A stretch of DNA of 63,972 nucleotides, the filler included, from Octopus bimaculoides (Eukaryota): NCBI RefSeq assembly GCF_001194135.2. It is 8 parts of 8 records of this genome, joined end to end, with 100 filler letters (N's around TTAATTAATTAA, not from the genome) between each part and the next. Parts side by side here need not be neighbours in the genome. Positions count along the whole stretch, not along the records: positions 62,900 to 63,972 come from NW_026340904.1; 7 more parts are not named here. One strand, 5' to 3'. The notes below the pieces were generated by a model. It made no database searches. It was given only the letters and a program-made list of their open reading frames with translations, and had not been told where the DNA came from. This document shows positions 63,316 through 63,972 of the stretch, piece by piece; position 1 is the first letter of the stretch, and the number at the start of each line of letters is the position of its first letter. The position numbers and the translations under genes are program-made.

Positions 63316-63792
63316 CATATATATTTATATGTATATATATATAAATATAATATTTTAAATACATTTATTAGATACATTACCGAAAAAATTAGCAGTTATA
63401 TAATACTAGCTATAATTAAATACTTATGTAATGAAAGTAATTATATAACAAAAAAGTAGGTAAGTGGCTGCTGCATGCAGCTTCTGTCAACTTAAGAAAA
63501 CTAGTGTTTATTGGCAAGAAAATATCACAGACCAAAGAAATTATTTATACCACCTGAAAATTTTTGGAAGAAAATTTACTAGGAAAATATACTTTTTTTA
63601 AAATCTGACTATAGATGTAGTACATAGTTCTTTATATATGTACATATTTATGTATATGTAAATAAATATATATGTGTATATATATATGTGTGTGTATATA
63701 TATGTATATATATATATATATATATACCGGAGTAAGCACATAAAATGTGCAACAAGGTGGAAAAAGAGTACTCAAATACCAGAGGTAAAGTA

Positions 63793-63968
63793 ATATGCTT
63801 TATTTAAAGCAGCAGAAATATAACAAAAGACTGTTATTTGGAGTTTCACATTACCATTCATCGGACAGTTTTGTTAGAAATTTCTAACAAAACTGTCTAA
63901 TGACTGGGAACGTGAAACTCCGAGTAACAATCTTTTGCTATATTTCTGCTGCTTTAAATAAAGTATAT
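63793..63968. mobile_element. About 88-bp-arm palindrome with a degenerate hammerhead in each arm (Penelope pseudo-LTR-like)
   Basis: The centre is agaaa|tttct at 63880/63881, with no loop or indels. Right arm: ACUGU-CUAAUGA-CUGGGAACGU-GAAA-CUCCGAG-UA-ACAAU. Left arm reverse complement: ACUGU-CCGAUGA-AUGGUAAUGU-GAAA-CUCCAAA-UA-ACAGU. Their consensus restores CUGAUGA and stem I. Confidence 0.7.
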
Positions 63969-63972
63969 ATAT

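Noticed and set aside
338-63459. Most ORF-track entries ([12 protein letters not shown], poly-L/R/N/X proteins)
   Set aside because: They are translations of di- and trinucleotide microsatellites or run through N gaps; no splice or domain support.

Overview
AT-rich, microsatellite-laden animal genomic DNA with many N gaps. The SINE families, the (TA)n/(CA)n density and the N-TTAATTAATTAA-N linkers suggest a cephalopod (octopus-like) draft assembly; this is an inference, not a database result. One host gene is visible: six internal minus-strand exons (28566->1616) with canonical AG/GT boundaries and compatible phases. They splice into a continuous 431-aa spectrin-repeat rod (nesprin/MSP-300- or spectraplakin-like), and neither end of the gene is visible. 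The rest is transposon debris: at least 5 SINE-like families, RTE, CR1, R4/Dong and Tx1/L1 LINE fragments, a Helitron Rep fragment, hAT-like and mariner transposase relics, and piggyBac- and Tc1-type MITEs. The main unexplained signal is a set of minimal type I hammerhead ribozyme motifs at four loci with different stems. One has an intact core and lies in a 351-bp partially tandem, retrozyme-like unit on the sense strand of a host intron; two others sit in or beside long fold-back palindromes. Also seen: a decayed duplicate of a coding exon, a TIR element carrying a LINE endonuclease fragment, a truncated U2 snRNA copy, interstitial TTAGGG repeats, and an apparent CpG-depletion boundary near 31.5 kb.
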